From NCBI GenBank assembly GCA_041690295.1, contig JAWLHR010000007.1, positions 60,019 to 124,018 of the forward strand: a stretch of DNA of 64,000 nucleotides, in the 5' to 3' direction. This document shows positions 40,217-49,518 of the stretch, piece after piece. The notes under the pieces were generated by a model. That model had not been told where the DNA came from. It was given only the letters and a program-made list of their open reading frames with translations, and did not search any database. This DNA is from Bdellovibrionales bacterium. GTDB lineage: Bacteria; Bdellovibrionota; Bdellovibrionia; Bdellovibrionales; UBA1609. Numbering within the stretch: the first letter of the stretch is position 1; each line of letters opens with the position of its first letter. Made by a program: the position numbers and the translations under genes.

Positions 40217-41413
40217 ATGACGGATTCCAATTCCCGCGTAACACCGCAACCCATGCCTGTATCACCCAAGTTCACCGGACTGATGCTCGGTTTGGCCGGC
40301 TTGGGAATCGCCGCCTTCGTGTTCCTGTTGACCAGCGATAAGGAGCGCGCTTGGCATGCTTACCTGACCGCGTACTTTTATTTCTTTATTCTGGCGATCG
40401 GCGGGCTGTTCTTCGCCAGCATCCAGCATGTGAGCAAAGCCGGGTGGAGCGTGAACGTCCGGCGATTCTGTGAGGCCTTCACGGCGTTTTTGCCGGTGGC
40501 GTTGGTTGGAGCTTTGATCCTTTTGGCGGGTGGAAAAAGTCTTTATGACTGGATGGACCCCGCGAAAGTGGCGGAAGACGCCTTGTTGATGCACAAGCGC
40601 GGCTATCTGAACACCATCTTCTTTGTCATCCGTATTTTGGTGTTCTTCGGACTGTGGTTGCTTTTCGCCAAGAAATTGGTCGGTGGCTCATTGAAGCAGG
40701 ATAAGACCGGTGATCCCGAGATCACGAATAAATCGGTCGGTTGGTCGGTGGCCTTTTTGTTGACCTTCGCTGTTTCATTCTCGCTTTTCGGTGTGGACTT
40801 GCTGATGAGTCTTCAACCGCACTGGTTCAGCACCGTTTTCGGTATTTATCTTTTCGGTGGCTTGTTCCAGTCCACCATGGCCTTGATGATTCTTTTGATC
40901 ATCTATGCGCAAAACAAGGGCTTGCTGACCGGCTACGTGGATGAGAACCATCTCCACGATTTGGGTAAGTTCTTATTCGCCTTCACCGTGTTCTGGGCCT
41001 ACATCGCATACTCCCAGTACATGTTGATTTGGTATGCGAACCTGCCGGAAGAAACCATCTTCTACCTTCCGCGCGTGACCGGATCATGGGTGTATGTGTC
41101 CGCGGCGTTGTTGCTCTTTAAGTTCGTGGTTCCGTTCTTGGCTCTTCTTTCCCGTCGGTCGAAGCGGAATCCGGCCATCCTCGGAACCGTGTCCGTTTTG
41201 ATTTTAGTGATGCAGTACGTGGATCTTTACTGGCTGGTTTATCCCAATCTGACTGCGGAGCGCGTGGTCTTCGGACTTCCGGAAATTCTGATCTTCGCGG
41301 GTTTTGGCGGATTGTTCATGTTCACCGTCACGCGGTTCTTGTCGCGTAATCTGATCGTTCCGGCGCGTGATCCGCGGATTCACGAATCACTTCACCATCA
41401 CGTGGTTTATTAA
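40217..41413 (+). CDS. actF: Alternative complex III membrane subunit F
   Basis: About 10 TMs; MSLQPHWFST, HLHDLGK, SQYMLIWYANLPEE. Confidence 0.9.
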   Translation: MTDSNSRVTPQPMPVSPKFTGLMLGLAGLGIAAFVFLLTSDKERAWHAYLTAYFYFFILAIGGLFFASIQHVSKAGWSVNVRRFCEAFTAFLPVALVGALILLAGGKSLYDWMDPAKVAEDALLMHKRGYLNTIFFVIRILVFFGLWLLFAKKLVGGSLKQDKTGDPEITNKSVGWSVAFLLTFAVSFSLFGVDLLMSLQPHWFSTVFGIYLFGGLFQSTMALMILLIIYAQNKGLLTGYVDENHLHDLGKFLFAFTVFWAYIAYSQYMLIWYANLPEETIFYLPRVTGSWVYVSAALLLFKFVVPFLALLSRRSKRNPAILGTVSVLILVMQYVDLYWLVYPNLTAERVVFGLPEILIFAGFGGLFMFTVTRFLSRNLIVPARDPRIHESLHHHVVY

Positions 41414-41768
41414 TCGCGAACGCTCAGCTCCCAGCTGAGCGGGATGGATTCGCCGTTGAAGAGTTCGCGGTAGATCTGCTCGAGCAGAATAAGGTGTGGA
41501 AGTGCCAGTCGCCTTTGCTGATCATTTTTGATTTGTTCGCCGCCGAAAAGGGTACGCAAAAACTCGACGCCAGATAACGGGAGAGGCCCGGGTTCTCCTG
41601 CTGCATTTTTAATATGCAAGCGAGCGGAGAAGCCATGGCGACAAAATCACGGTGTTCCGCCGCGGAAAGAATATCTTGCTCATAACGCATGAGAGATTCC
41701 GGGTCGCAGGTTTCAGCGGTGACCGACGAGGTATAAAGCGCGATTGTGATCAGGCTCATGATCATCAA
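41410..41768 (-). pseudogene. Small secreted hypothetical protein, possibly frameshifted at an A5/T5 run
   Basis: Two overlapping same-strand ORFs (41424-41768 and 41410-41619) join as ..YLASSF-LRTLFGG.. if one T is added at 41558-41562. Confidence 0.4.
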
Positions 41769-41972
41769 TTGAAATGGTAAGGATCAGGTCCAGTGAGCGT
41801 CATCGGCTTTAATAGCAGCTGGGGCGAATCTGGACCGGTCCAGGTCGTTTTCCGACGGTGTTCGCTATTGACATGAAGTGGTAAAAAGCCTAAGTGTGAA
41901 GTGATGTCTTCGCGACGAAATGATTACAATCAGATCATGATTCCAAAGACGACTGTGACGATCTCTTAATCT

Positions 41973-43961
41973 ATGTCGTCTGTCCGCATTGTATTGCCCG
42001 ATAATTCTGTAAAAAACTTCGACCACGAACCAACCGTATTGGAAGTGGCCCAAAGCATTGGTCCGCGTTTGGCCAATGATACGGTCGGCGGGTTGATCGA
42101 CGACAATCCCGAAGTCGTTGATCTCAGGACAAAGCTCAAAGACGGAACCCGTTTGAAAATCGTCACGACCAAAAGCCCCGAGTCGCTGGAAGTGATCCGT
42201 CACTCCGCCGCCCATTTGATGGCCCAAGCCGTTCAGGAATTGTGGCCGGATGTGAAAGTGACGATCGGTCCCGTGATCGAAGACGGTTTTTACTACGACT
42301 TTGATTCCCCTCGGAGTTTTTCGCCGGAAGATCTGGAAAAGATCGACAAGAAGATGGCGGAAATTTTGAAACGGGATGACCCCGTGGTGCGGGAAGACTG
42401 GCCGGTGGAGAAGGCGATCAGCACATTCGAAAAAATGGGCGAGCGTTTTAAAGTGGAACTGATTCGCGAGCTCGAAGCGAAGGGTGAAAAAACCGTGGGG
42501 ATTTACCGCCAGGGTGAGAACTGGTTTGATCTTTGCCGAGGTCCCCACGTGCAACGAATGGGGCAAATCGCGGCCACCAAAACGTTAAGCATCGCCGGCG
42601 CTTATTGGCGGGGGAACGAAAAGAATCCCCAGTTGCAACGGATTTACGCGACGGCCTTCAACTCGAAAAAAGATCTCGAGGAATATTTAAAAAATCTCGA
42701 AGAGGCCAAGAAACGGGATCACCGCAAACTGGGTAAAGACCTGGGGCTTTTTTATTTTCACCAGTACGCACCGGCGAGTCCGTTCTTCGCCCCCAAGGGC
42801 ACGGTGATTTACAACCAACTGCAGAACTTCATCCGCGAAAAATATATCGAATACGGCTATGAGGAAGTGATCACACCGCAAATGTTCGATGTGGATCTCT
42901 TCCATCAGTCGGGTCATTACGAAAACTACCGCGAGAACATGTATTTTTCCCATGTCGATGATCGGGATTTTTCGTTAAAGCCGATGAATTGTCCCGCGCA
43001 CTGCTTGCTATACCAGGCCGAACGTAAATCCTACCGGGATCTGCCATGGAGAATCGCGGATTTCGGGAGACTTCATCGCTATGAGCGAAGCGGCGTCGTC
43101 CATGGTCTGACCCGCGTAAGGACATTCTGCCAGGATGATGCCCATATTTTCTGCCGCGTGGATCAGTTGCAGCAGGAAATCGGTGGCTTCATGAAGATGC
43201 TCGATGAAATTTATAAGACATTGGGCATGTCCAATTACGTGATTTATCTTTCGACCCGACCGGCTCAGCGCATGGGCGCCGACGAACTGTGGGACAAGGC
43301 CGAAGGGGCGCTTGAACAGGCGCTCAAATCCTTGAATTTGTCCTACACGATCAATCCCGGGGACGGCGCGTTTTACGGACCAAAACTCGACATCATGTTT
43401 GTCGACGCCTTAAAGCGGCCGTGGCAGCTGGGTACTTTGCAAGTGGACTTCAATCTGCCCAATGCGTTTCAGCTTGGATACGTGGGCGAGGATAACAAAG
43501 AACACCGCCCAGTGATGCTCCATCGCGCGATCTTGGGATCTCTGGAGCGTTTCATCGGTGTTTACCTTGAGCACACGTCCGGGCATTTGCCGACCTGGCT
43601 GGCTCCCGTTCAGGTGGCGTTGATGACCGTGACCGACCGTCAATTGGATTACGCCCGTGATTTAAAAAACAAACTGCGTGAACTCGGGATTCGCGCGTCG
43701 CTCGACGAGCGGGGAGAAAAGCTCGGGTATAAAATTCGCGAGGCTCAATTACAGAAAATTCCATACATGCTCACGTTGGGCGATAAGGAAATGCAAAACC
43801 AGACGGTTTCCGTCCGGTTGAAGGGTGGCCAAGTGTTGGATGCCCTGCCGTTCGCCACATTCGCGGAAAAACTTTTGATCGAGATTCAGGAACGCCGGTT
43901 GGAAAGTGTGTTTCAAACCGGACCCAACCTAAACCAGGAGGCTCACAATTCGTCCGTTTAG
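41973..43961 (+). CDS. thrS: Threonine--tRNA ligase
   Basis: TGS domain, RHSAAHLMAQA, DLCRGPH, RDHRKLG, KPMNCP, AFYGPKLD, HRAILGSLERF. Confidence 0.98.
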   Translation: MSSVRIVLPDNSVKNFDHEPTVLEVAQSIGPRLANDTVGGLIDDNPEVVDLRTKLKDGTRLKIVTTKSPESLEVIRHSAAHLMAQAVQELWPDVKVTIGPVIEDGFYYDFDSPRSFSPEDLEKIDKKMAEILKRDDPVVREDWPVEKAISTFEKMGERFKVELIRELEAKGEKTVGIYRQGENWFDLCRGPHVQRMGQIAATKTLSIAGAYWRGNEKNPQLQRIYATAFNSKKDLEEYLKNLEEAKKRDHRKLGKDLGLFYFHQYAPASPFFAPKGTVIYNQLQNFIREKYIEYGYEEVITPQMFDVDLFHQSGHYENYRENMYFSHVDDRDFSLKPMNCPAHCLLYQAERKSYRDLPWRIADFGRLHRYERSGVVHGLTRVRTFCQDDAHIFCRVDQLQQEIGGFMKMLDEIYKTLGMSNYVIYLSTRPAQRMGADELWDKAEGALEQALKSLNLSYTINPGDGAFYGPKLDIMFVDALKRPWQLGTLQVDFNLPNAFQLGYVGEDNKEHRPVMLHRAILGSLERFIGVYLEHTSGHLPTWLAPVQVALMTVTDRQLDYARDLKNKLRELGIRASLDERGEKLGYKIREAQLQKIPYMLTLGDKEMQNQTVSVRLKGGQVLDALPFATFAEKLLIEIQERRLESVFQTGPNLNQEAHNSSV

Positions 43962-44601
43962 ACCTGGCCCGCCGGGGGGCCGTTTCGATAGGTTTCGTAA
44001 AGGCAAAAAAGATGATGGTGGTTTGCGCGTCAATAAAGAAATCTTCGCGCCCCAAGTTCGTCTGATTGATGAAAACGGCCAAATGGTTGGCGTTATGTCG
44101 TCGCGCGAGGCTTTGGCCATCGCGGAATCTCGTGGTTTGGATCTGATTGAAATCGCGCCTACGGCGAACCCGCCCACTTGCAAGATCATGGATTACGGCA
44201 AGTGGAAGTACGAAAGTAAGAAAAAGGAAAAAGAGGCCAAAAAGAAGCAAACGGTGATCACCATCAAAGAGATTCAGGTGCGTCCGCGTACGGACGAACA
44301 TGATATCGAAGTGAAAGTGCGAAACGCCCGCCGCTTTCTTTTGGACGGCGATAAAGTGAAGGTGAACCTCCGCTTTATGGGACGCGAACTCGCTCACCAG
44401 GAATTCGGAATGAAGACCTTGAAGAAGGTGCAGGATCTCCTTTCCGACATCGCCGTGGTGGAAACCCCTCCCAAGCTGGAAGGTAAACAGGCCTTTTTGC
44501 TGCTGGCGCCGGATCCGGTGAAGGTGAAGGAGTATTTGAAAAACCAGCCCAAGCCGGAGCTGACGGAAGAAAAGGATGAGAAGGCGGAATCGGGGGAGTA
44601 A
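43948..44601 (+). CDS. infC: Translation initiation factor IF-3 with an AUU start codon
   Basis: AGGAG (43936-43940), 7 nt, then ATT at 43948 in frame and open into RVNKEI..VRLID..LDLIEIAP..CKIMDYGK..GDKVKV. Confidence 0.93.
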   Translation: MRPFRPGPPGGRFDRFRKGKKDDGGLRVNKEIFAPQVRLIDENGQMVGVMSSREALAIAESRGLDLIEIAPTANPPTCKIMDYGKWKYESKKKEKEAKKKQTVITIKEIQVRPRTDEHDIEVKVRNARRFLLDGDKVKVNLRFMGRELAHQEFGMKTLKKVQDLLSDIAVVETPPKLEGKQAFLLLAPDPVKVKEYLKNQPKPELTEEKDEKAESGE

Positions 44602-44770
44602 GCGGTTCCGCTGCGCCGTGTAAAATTCTCCAAAACCCCACCTCAAATCATGCCAAATCTTGCTTTCGACGGCTTGAACCGATATCCCTTCAAGTCATTG
44701 AAACCACGATAGGCTTCCAAGAATTGGTGAGTTCCGCCAATCGCCGTCGTTAGGTTTAGGAGAAATAACA

Positions 44771-44962
44771 ATGAAAATGAAGACCCATTCCGGGGCGAAA
44801 AAGCGCTTTCGGGTTAAGGGCGGTGGCAAAATTAAACGCGGCCAAGTCGGCATGCGCCACCTGCTGTCCAACAAGTCATCCAAACGTAAACGTCTCTTAG
44901 GCACTCCCGCCTATGTGCATTCCGCCAACGAGTATCAGATCACTCGTTGCTTGCTTCCTTAA
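44771..44962 (+). CDS. rpmI: 50S ribosomal protein L35
   Basis: MKMKTHSGAKKRF..RHLL..KSSKRKR.L; AGGAG SD. Confidence 0.97.
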   Translation: MKMKTHSGAKKRFRVKGGGKIKRGQVGMRHLLSNKSSKRKRLLGTPAYVHSANEYQITRCLLP

Positions 44963-44972
44963 GAGGTGAGAC

Positions 44973-45329
44973 ATGCGTGTTAAAGGTGGAGTCGTAACTC
45001 GTCGTCGTCACAAAAAATTACTTAAGCGGGCCAGCGGCTTTTACTCCGCGAACTCCAGATCATTCACTCATGCGCGCGAAAAAGTGGATCGCGCTTTGGC
45101 GTATGAGTATCGCGATCGTCGCGTAAAAAAACGTGACATGCGCGCGCTTTGGATTCAGCGGATCAATGCGGCCGCCAGACTGAACGGAACCAGCTATTCC
45201 ACTCTCATGGGCGCCTTAAAGAAATCCGGAATCGATTTGAACCGCAAAGTTCTTTCGGATTTGGCGATTCGCGATGCGAATGCCTTCGCGGCTCTCGTCA
45301 AGCAGGTTCTGCCCCAGGCTTCGGCTTAA
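44973..45329 (+). CDS. rplT: 50S ribosomal protein L20
   Basis: [43 protein letters not shown]. Confidence 0.98.
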   Translation: MRVKGGVVTRRRHKKLLKRASGFYSANSRSFTHAREKVDRALAYEYRDRRVKKRDMRALWIQRINAAARLNGTSYSTLMGALKKSGIDLNRKVLSDLAIRDANAFAALVKQVLPQASA

Positions 45330-45352
45330 AGAGCCGGGGAAGTGGCGGGCTG

Positions 45353-46402
45353 ATGGCCTTTCACGAACCAAACGTGGATTTTGAAAAGCGCAAGCGCGAT
45401 CACCTTCGCCTTGCGCTTTCGCTTAAAAATCAAGCCATCGGCAAGGCCGGTTTCGACCGGGTGGAGTTGATTCATGAGGCTCTGCCCGATCTCGACTTTT
45501 CAGAAATCAACATTTCCAGTCGTTCACTGGGTTTCCAATCACCGACACCCTTTCTCATCAGCTCGATGACCGCAGGTCATGGGGATTCAACCCATCTCAA
45601 CGCGTTGCTGGCGCGGGTGGCCCAGGATTTCGGTTGGCGCATGGGGGTGGGCTCCCAGCGTCGCGAACTGAACGACAAGAACGCCGCCAAAGAATGGAAA
45701 GCCATTCGCCGGCAGGCGCCAAAGGCCCGATTGTTCGGTAATTTAGGAATTTCGCAGCTCATTCACTCACCCGTCGATAGCATCGAGCGCTTGGTGGATT
45801 CGTTGGAAGCTTCGGGCATGATCATTCATCTAAATGCGCTGCAAGAATGCCTGCAGCCGGAAGGCACGCCCAATTTCCGGGGCGGTCTTAAGGCCATCCG
45901 GAATTTGGCTAAAAAATTAAGTGTACCGGTGATCGTGAAGGAAACCGGCTGCGGATTTTCGCGCGCCACCTTGAAGCGCCTGAGCGGTTTAGGGCTCGGT
46001 GCGGTGGATGTGAGCGGGTTCGGCGGAACCCATTGGGGACGAATTGAAGGTGATCGCAATTCCCGAAGCGATGCGCGACGGCAGGCCGCTGAAACTTTGG
46101 CCGACTGGGGAATTCCCACGGTTGAGAGCCTGGCTGAAGCAATCACTCTAAAACGGGACTACGAAGTTTGGGCATCCGGCGGCGTGCGCACCGGGCTCGA
46201 TGCGGCTAAGCTCCTGGCGATGGGTGCGGATGTAGTGGGCTTCGCGGCACCGGTGTTGGCGGCCGCGGTCCGTGGCGAAAAGAATTTGCGCCAACTCATG
46301 AGCTCCATTGAATTCGAAGTGAAAACAGTGATGTTTTGTACGGGATGTAAAGACATCAATGAACTGCGAAAGAAGAAGGTTTGGAAATGGCGGGGGAAAT
46401 AA
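45353..46402 (+). CDS. fni: Type 2 (FMN-dependent) isopentenyl-diphosphate isomerase
   Basis: RKRDH, HEALP, SSMTAG, VGSQR, HLNALQE, VKETGCG, GGTHW, WGIPT, ASGGVR. Confidence 0.95.
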   Translation: MAFHEPNVDFEKRKRDHLRLALSLKNQAIGKAGFDRVELIHEALPDLDFSEINISSRSLGFQSPTPFLISSMTAGHGDSTHLNALLARVAQDFGWRMGVGSQRRELNDKNAAKEWKAIRRQAPKARLFGNLGISQLIHSPVDSIERLVDSLEASGMIIHLNALQECLQPEGTPNFRGGLKAIRNLAKKLSVPVIVKETGCGFSRATLKRLSGLGLGAVDVSGFGGTHWGRIEGDRNSRSDARRQAAETLADWGIPTVESLAEAITLKRDYEVWASGGVRTGLDAAKLLAMGADVVGFAAPVLAAAVRGEKNLRQLMSSIEFEVKTVMFCTGCKDINELRKKKVWKWRGK

Positions 46403-47694
46403 ATCCTGGCGGAATGTTCCAAGGTTTTTCGAAATTAAGCCGTGAAGAGCGGTATCAGCGTCTTTTGGAAATGGGCGCACTGACGGCCGATGATGTGCGG
46501 TTCTTGCGTTCGGGAGCCAAGGTGCCGGTTGAACTGGCGGAAAAGTTCATTGAAAACGTCCTCGGATTTTTCCAGTTACCTCTTGGAGTGGCGACGAATT
46601 TCGTCATTGATAATAAGACCTATGTCATTCCCATGGCGGTCGAGGAGACATCAATCATCGCGGCGGCGAGCAAGACCGCCAAGTGGATTCGCGAGCACGG
46701 ATTTATCACCACGGAAATGCGCGGCACCGAGATCATCGGTCAGATTCAAATCGCCAAGGTGAAAGATTACGCCCATTTGGTGGAGATGACCAAAGCCCGT
46801 GAAACGGAATGGGTGGATCTCGCCAACCGCGAGGTCGCCGCCGGACTCGTCCGCCGTGGCGGCGGCATCAAACGCATGGAAGTCCGCCGGGTGGATCGGG
46901 GCGATGGCACCTACATGGCCGTTATCCATGTTTACGCTGACCCTTGCGACGCCATGGGCGCGAACATCATCAATCAAGTTTGTGAATTTTTAAAACCCCA
47001 TGTGGAAGCGGCCACCGGTGAGACGGTCACCATGTGCATCCTTTCGAATTTGGTGGATTCACGTTTGACTCACGCCCGCGTGGAAATGTCCGGATTGGAT
47101 CCGGAATTAATGGAGCGAATTGAAGAGGCTTCGTTGTTCGCGCAGATGGATCCCTATCGCGCGGCCACCAACAATAAAGGTGTGTTGAACGGCATTGATC
47201 CCATTTTGATCGCCACCGGTAATGATTGGCGCGCGGTCGAGGCGGGCGTTCACGCCTTTGCGAGCCGCAGCGGCCAATACCGCTCGATCACCACTTGGCG
47301 CCGCGAGGGCGGTCGGTTGGTGGGCGAAATCACGGCGCCGATTATTTTAGGCGTGGTCGGTGGAGTTACGACTTTGCACCCGACGGCGAGCCTTTGCTTG
47401 CGTCTTTTGAATGTGACCAGCGCCGAAGAACTTTCGCGCGTCTGCGCCGCCGTGGGCTTGGTGCAAAACCTTGGAGCTTTGCGCGCGCTCACCACGGTGG
47501 GGATCATCGAAGGCCATATGAAACTTCACATTAAAAACCTAACTCTGGGAGCTGGCGCCAATGAGCGGGAGATTCCTTACGTGCAAAAACGCCTGGAAGA
47601 AATCCTCTCGTTGAAAAAACGGATTTCATTAAGCCAAGCCATAGAGGTATTGAAAGAATTGCGAGCGCAAGGGCCCGCACGTGAGCTTCCATGA
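46387..47694 (+). CDS. mvaA: Class II HMG-CoA reductase
   Basis: IENVLG, PMAVEETSIIAA, DAMGAN, RAATNNKG, TGNDWRAVEAG, GLVQN, GHMKLH. Confidence 0.95.
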   Translation: MAGEINPGGMFQGFSKLSREERYQRLLEMGALTADDVRFLRSGAKVPVELAEKFIENVLGFFQLPLGVATNFVIDNKTYVIPMAVEETSIIAAASKTAKWIREHGFITTEMRGTEIIGQIQIAKVKDYAHLVEMTKARETEWVDLANREVAAGLVRRGGGIKRMEVRRVDRGDGTYMAVIHVYADPCDAMGANIINQVCEFLKPHVEAATGETVTMCILSNLVDSRLTHARVEMSGLDPELMERIEEASLFAQMDPYRAATNNKGVLNGIDPILIATGNDWRAVEAGVHAFASRSGQYRSITTWRREGGRLVGEITAPIILGVVGGVTTLHPTASLCLRLLNVTSAEELSRVCAAVGLVQNLGALRALTTVGIIEGHMKLHIKNLTLGAGANEREIPYVQKRLEEILSLKKRISLSQAIEVLKELRAQGPARELP

Positions 47695-48596
47695 GACTTA
47701 TTTTTTCGGCACCAAGCAAAACCTTCCTCGTCGGCGAGTATGCCGTTCTGGGATCTTCTCCGGCTTTGGTGCTGAATACCAAACCCCGCTTTGAACTGAT
47801 CGCGCGTAAAAAAGAGGGCTCACTCAATATATTTCCCGAGGGCAGTCCGGCTCAGGCCTGGATCCGACAAAGGGAGCCGGTCCTTAACGGTTGGTCGCTG
47901 GAATTCAAGGATCCGCACAATCACCAGGGCGGCTTTGGCGCGTCCAGCGCCCAATTTATTTTCGTGCACTGTCTGACGACTTATTTGCAAAGTTCGTTCG
48001 CCAAAATCACCGACATTTTCGATAAAGAAGCGGTCTGGAATGATTATCAGGTGCTGACGAATCATCGGGGAAGCGGAGCGGATCTGCTTTCGCAAATCCA
48101 AGGGCGGATCGCCTATGTGGATGTCACCACCCGCCACACGCGGGCGTTAAGCTGGCCTTATCCCGAGATCGGTTTCGGCATCGTGCGCACCCATCAAAAA
48201 ATCAGGACCCATGAGCATTTGCAACAAATCGATCGTAAGCAAATGTCGCTGCTGGTCCGTCCGGCGCAGGACTGCATTGACGCGTTCGGCACCTCTTCCA
48301 GCGAAGTTTTCATCGGCCGGCTAAAGGCGTTCTCGGCGGCATTGAAGGAGTTTTCATTGCAGGCGCCCGCCGCATTGACCTTGATTCGTTTTCTCGAAGA
48401 ACAGCCCTGGTGTTTGACCGCGAAAGGTTGCGGCGCCCTTGGCGCGGACACGGTTTTGTTTTTGTTCCCCATGGACGAGCGCGAGAAAATGCTGTCGTTC
48501 GTGCGCAAGAATTCACTGAATCTCGTAGCCACGCGCGATGATCTCTGCGCGGGCTTGGAAATGAAATTGACGGTGGGAGACTCGGATGAAGATTGA
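47691..48596 (+). CDS. GHMP kinase, probable phosphomevalonate kinase
   Basis: APSKTFLVGEYAVL, GFGASSA, GSGAD, KGCGALGAD; position in the mevalonate cluster. Confidence 0.7.
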   Translation: MRLIFSAPSKTFLVGEYAVLGSSPALVLNTKPRFELIARKKEGSLNIFPEGSPAQAWIRQREPVLNGWSLEFKDPHNHQGGFGASSAQFIFVHCLTTYLQSSFAKITDIFDKEAVWNDYQVLTNHRGSGADLLSQIQGRIAYVDVTTRHTRALSWPYPEIGFGIVRTHQKIRTHEHLQQIDRKQMSLLVRPAQDCIDAFGTSSSEVFIGRLKAFSAALKEFSLQAPAALTLIRFLEEQPWCLTAKGCGALGADTVLFLFPMDEREKMLSFVRKNSLNLVATRDDLCAGLEMKLTVGDSDED

Positions 48597-49518
48597 AGCG
48601 TCGGCTCCCTCCAACATCGCGCTGATTAAGTATATGGGCAAAACACCGGGAAATCGGCCGGCCAATCCGTCCTTGTCATACACGCTGGAGCATTTGCGTT
48701 CCTTCGTGACCATCGAGCCGATCGCGGGCGAGCGTGACGAATGGCGGCCACTTTCGGGTTATCAGCCCATTTCATTAAGTGAAAAAGGTTTGGGAAAATT
48801 TTTGAATCACTTCGCCCGCTTGAAGGATCATTGGCGGGTGTTGGGCGCCTATCGCATTTCCTCGGCGAATAATTTTCCCTCGGATTGCGGGCTGGCCAGT
48901 TCCGCCTCCAGTTTCGCCGCTTTGACCGAGGCCACTTACGCTTTGGCCAAAGCCACCCATCCGGGACTGGAAGTTTCCAATGAGGAGTTATCGGTTCTCT
49001 CGCGCCAAGGTTCAGGTTCTTCTTGCCGCTCCTTCTTCTCGCCCTGGGCGGAGTGGGAAGACGAGGGCGCGCGCGCTCTGGATCTTGATCTTCGCCTGGA
49101 GCATGCTGTGATCGTGGTGGATGAGCGGGTGAAAGAAGTTTCCTCCAGCAACGCTCACGAATTGGTGAACACCAGTCCGAATTGGGTGGGTCGCACGTCG
49201 CGGGCCAAGGAGCGATTGGAAAAATTAAAAGTGGCTTTACGTGATGGTGATTGGCGCATGGCCTTTGAGATTTGTTGGGATGAGTTTTTGGATATGCATT
49301 CGCTTTTCGAAACCGCCACGCCGGCGTTTTCCTATTTGAACGGCGGCTCCAAAGAGGTTTTGATCAAACTTCGGGAGATCTGGGGCCGGGACGGTGACGG
49401 TCCGCTCATCACCATGGACGCGGGGGCGAACGTTCATATTTTGATTCGTCCGGATCAGATCCGAGCGGCCGAACAATGGCTTGATGGATTCAAAGTGATC
49501 AAGAGCTGGGGTGAGTGA
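48586..49518 (+). CDS. mvaD: Diphosphomevalonate decarboxylase
   Basis: APSNIALIKYMGK, NNFP..GLASSASSFAAL, R.GSGSSCRS, TMDAGANVH. Confidence 0.93.
   Translation: MKIEASAPSNIALIKYMGKTPGNRPANPSLSYTLEHLRSFVTIEPIAGERDEWRPLSGYQPISLSEKGLGKFLNHFARLKDHWRVLGAYRISSANNFPSDCGLASSASSFAALTEATYALAKATHPGLEVSNEELSVLSRQGSGSSCRSFFSPWAEWEDEGARALDLDLRLEHAVIVVDERVKEVSSSNAHELVNTSPNWVGRTSRAKERLEKLKVALRDGDWRMAFEICWDEFLDMHSLFETATPAFSYLNGGSKEVLIKLREIWGRDGDGPLITMDAGANVHILIRPDQIRAAEQWLDGFKVIKSWGE

Noticed and set aside
41865..41972. tRNA or T-box upstream of thrS
   Set aside because: No cloverleaf, TTCGA T-loop or T-box consensus is visible; there is only a TTGACA promoter-like hexamer.
43771..44646. 291-aa minus-strand ORF
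   Set aside because: It is antisense to thrS/infC.
45149..45352. ORF-track N-terminal extensions of fni (also pheS 53810, resB 30969, and 3901-4053)
   Set aside because: They overlap neighbouring real genes, and the family motifs begin at downstream ATGs.
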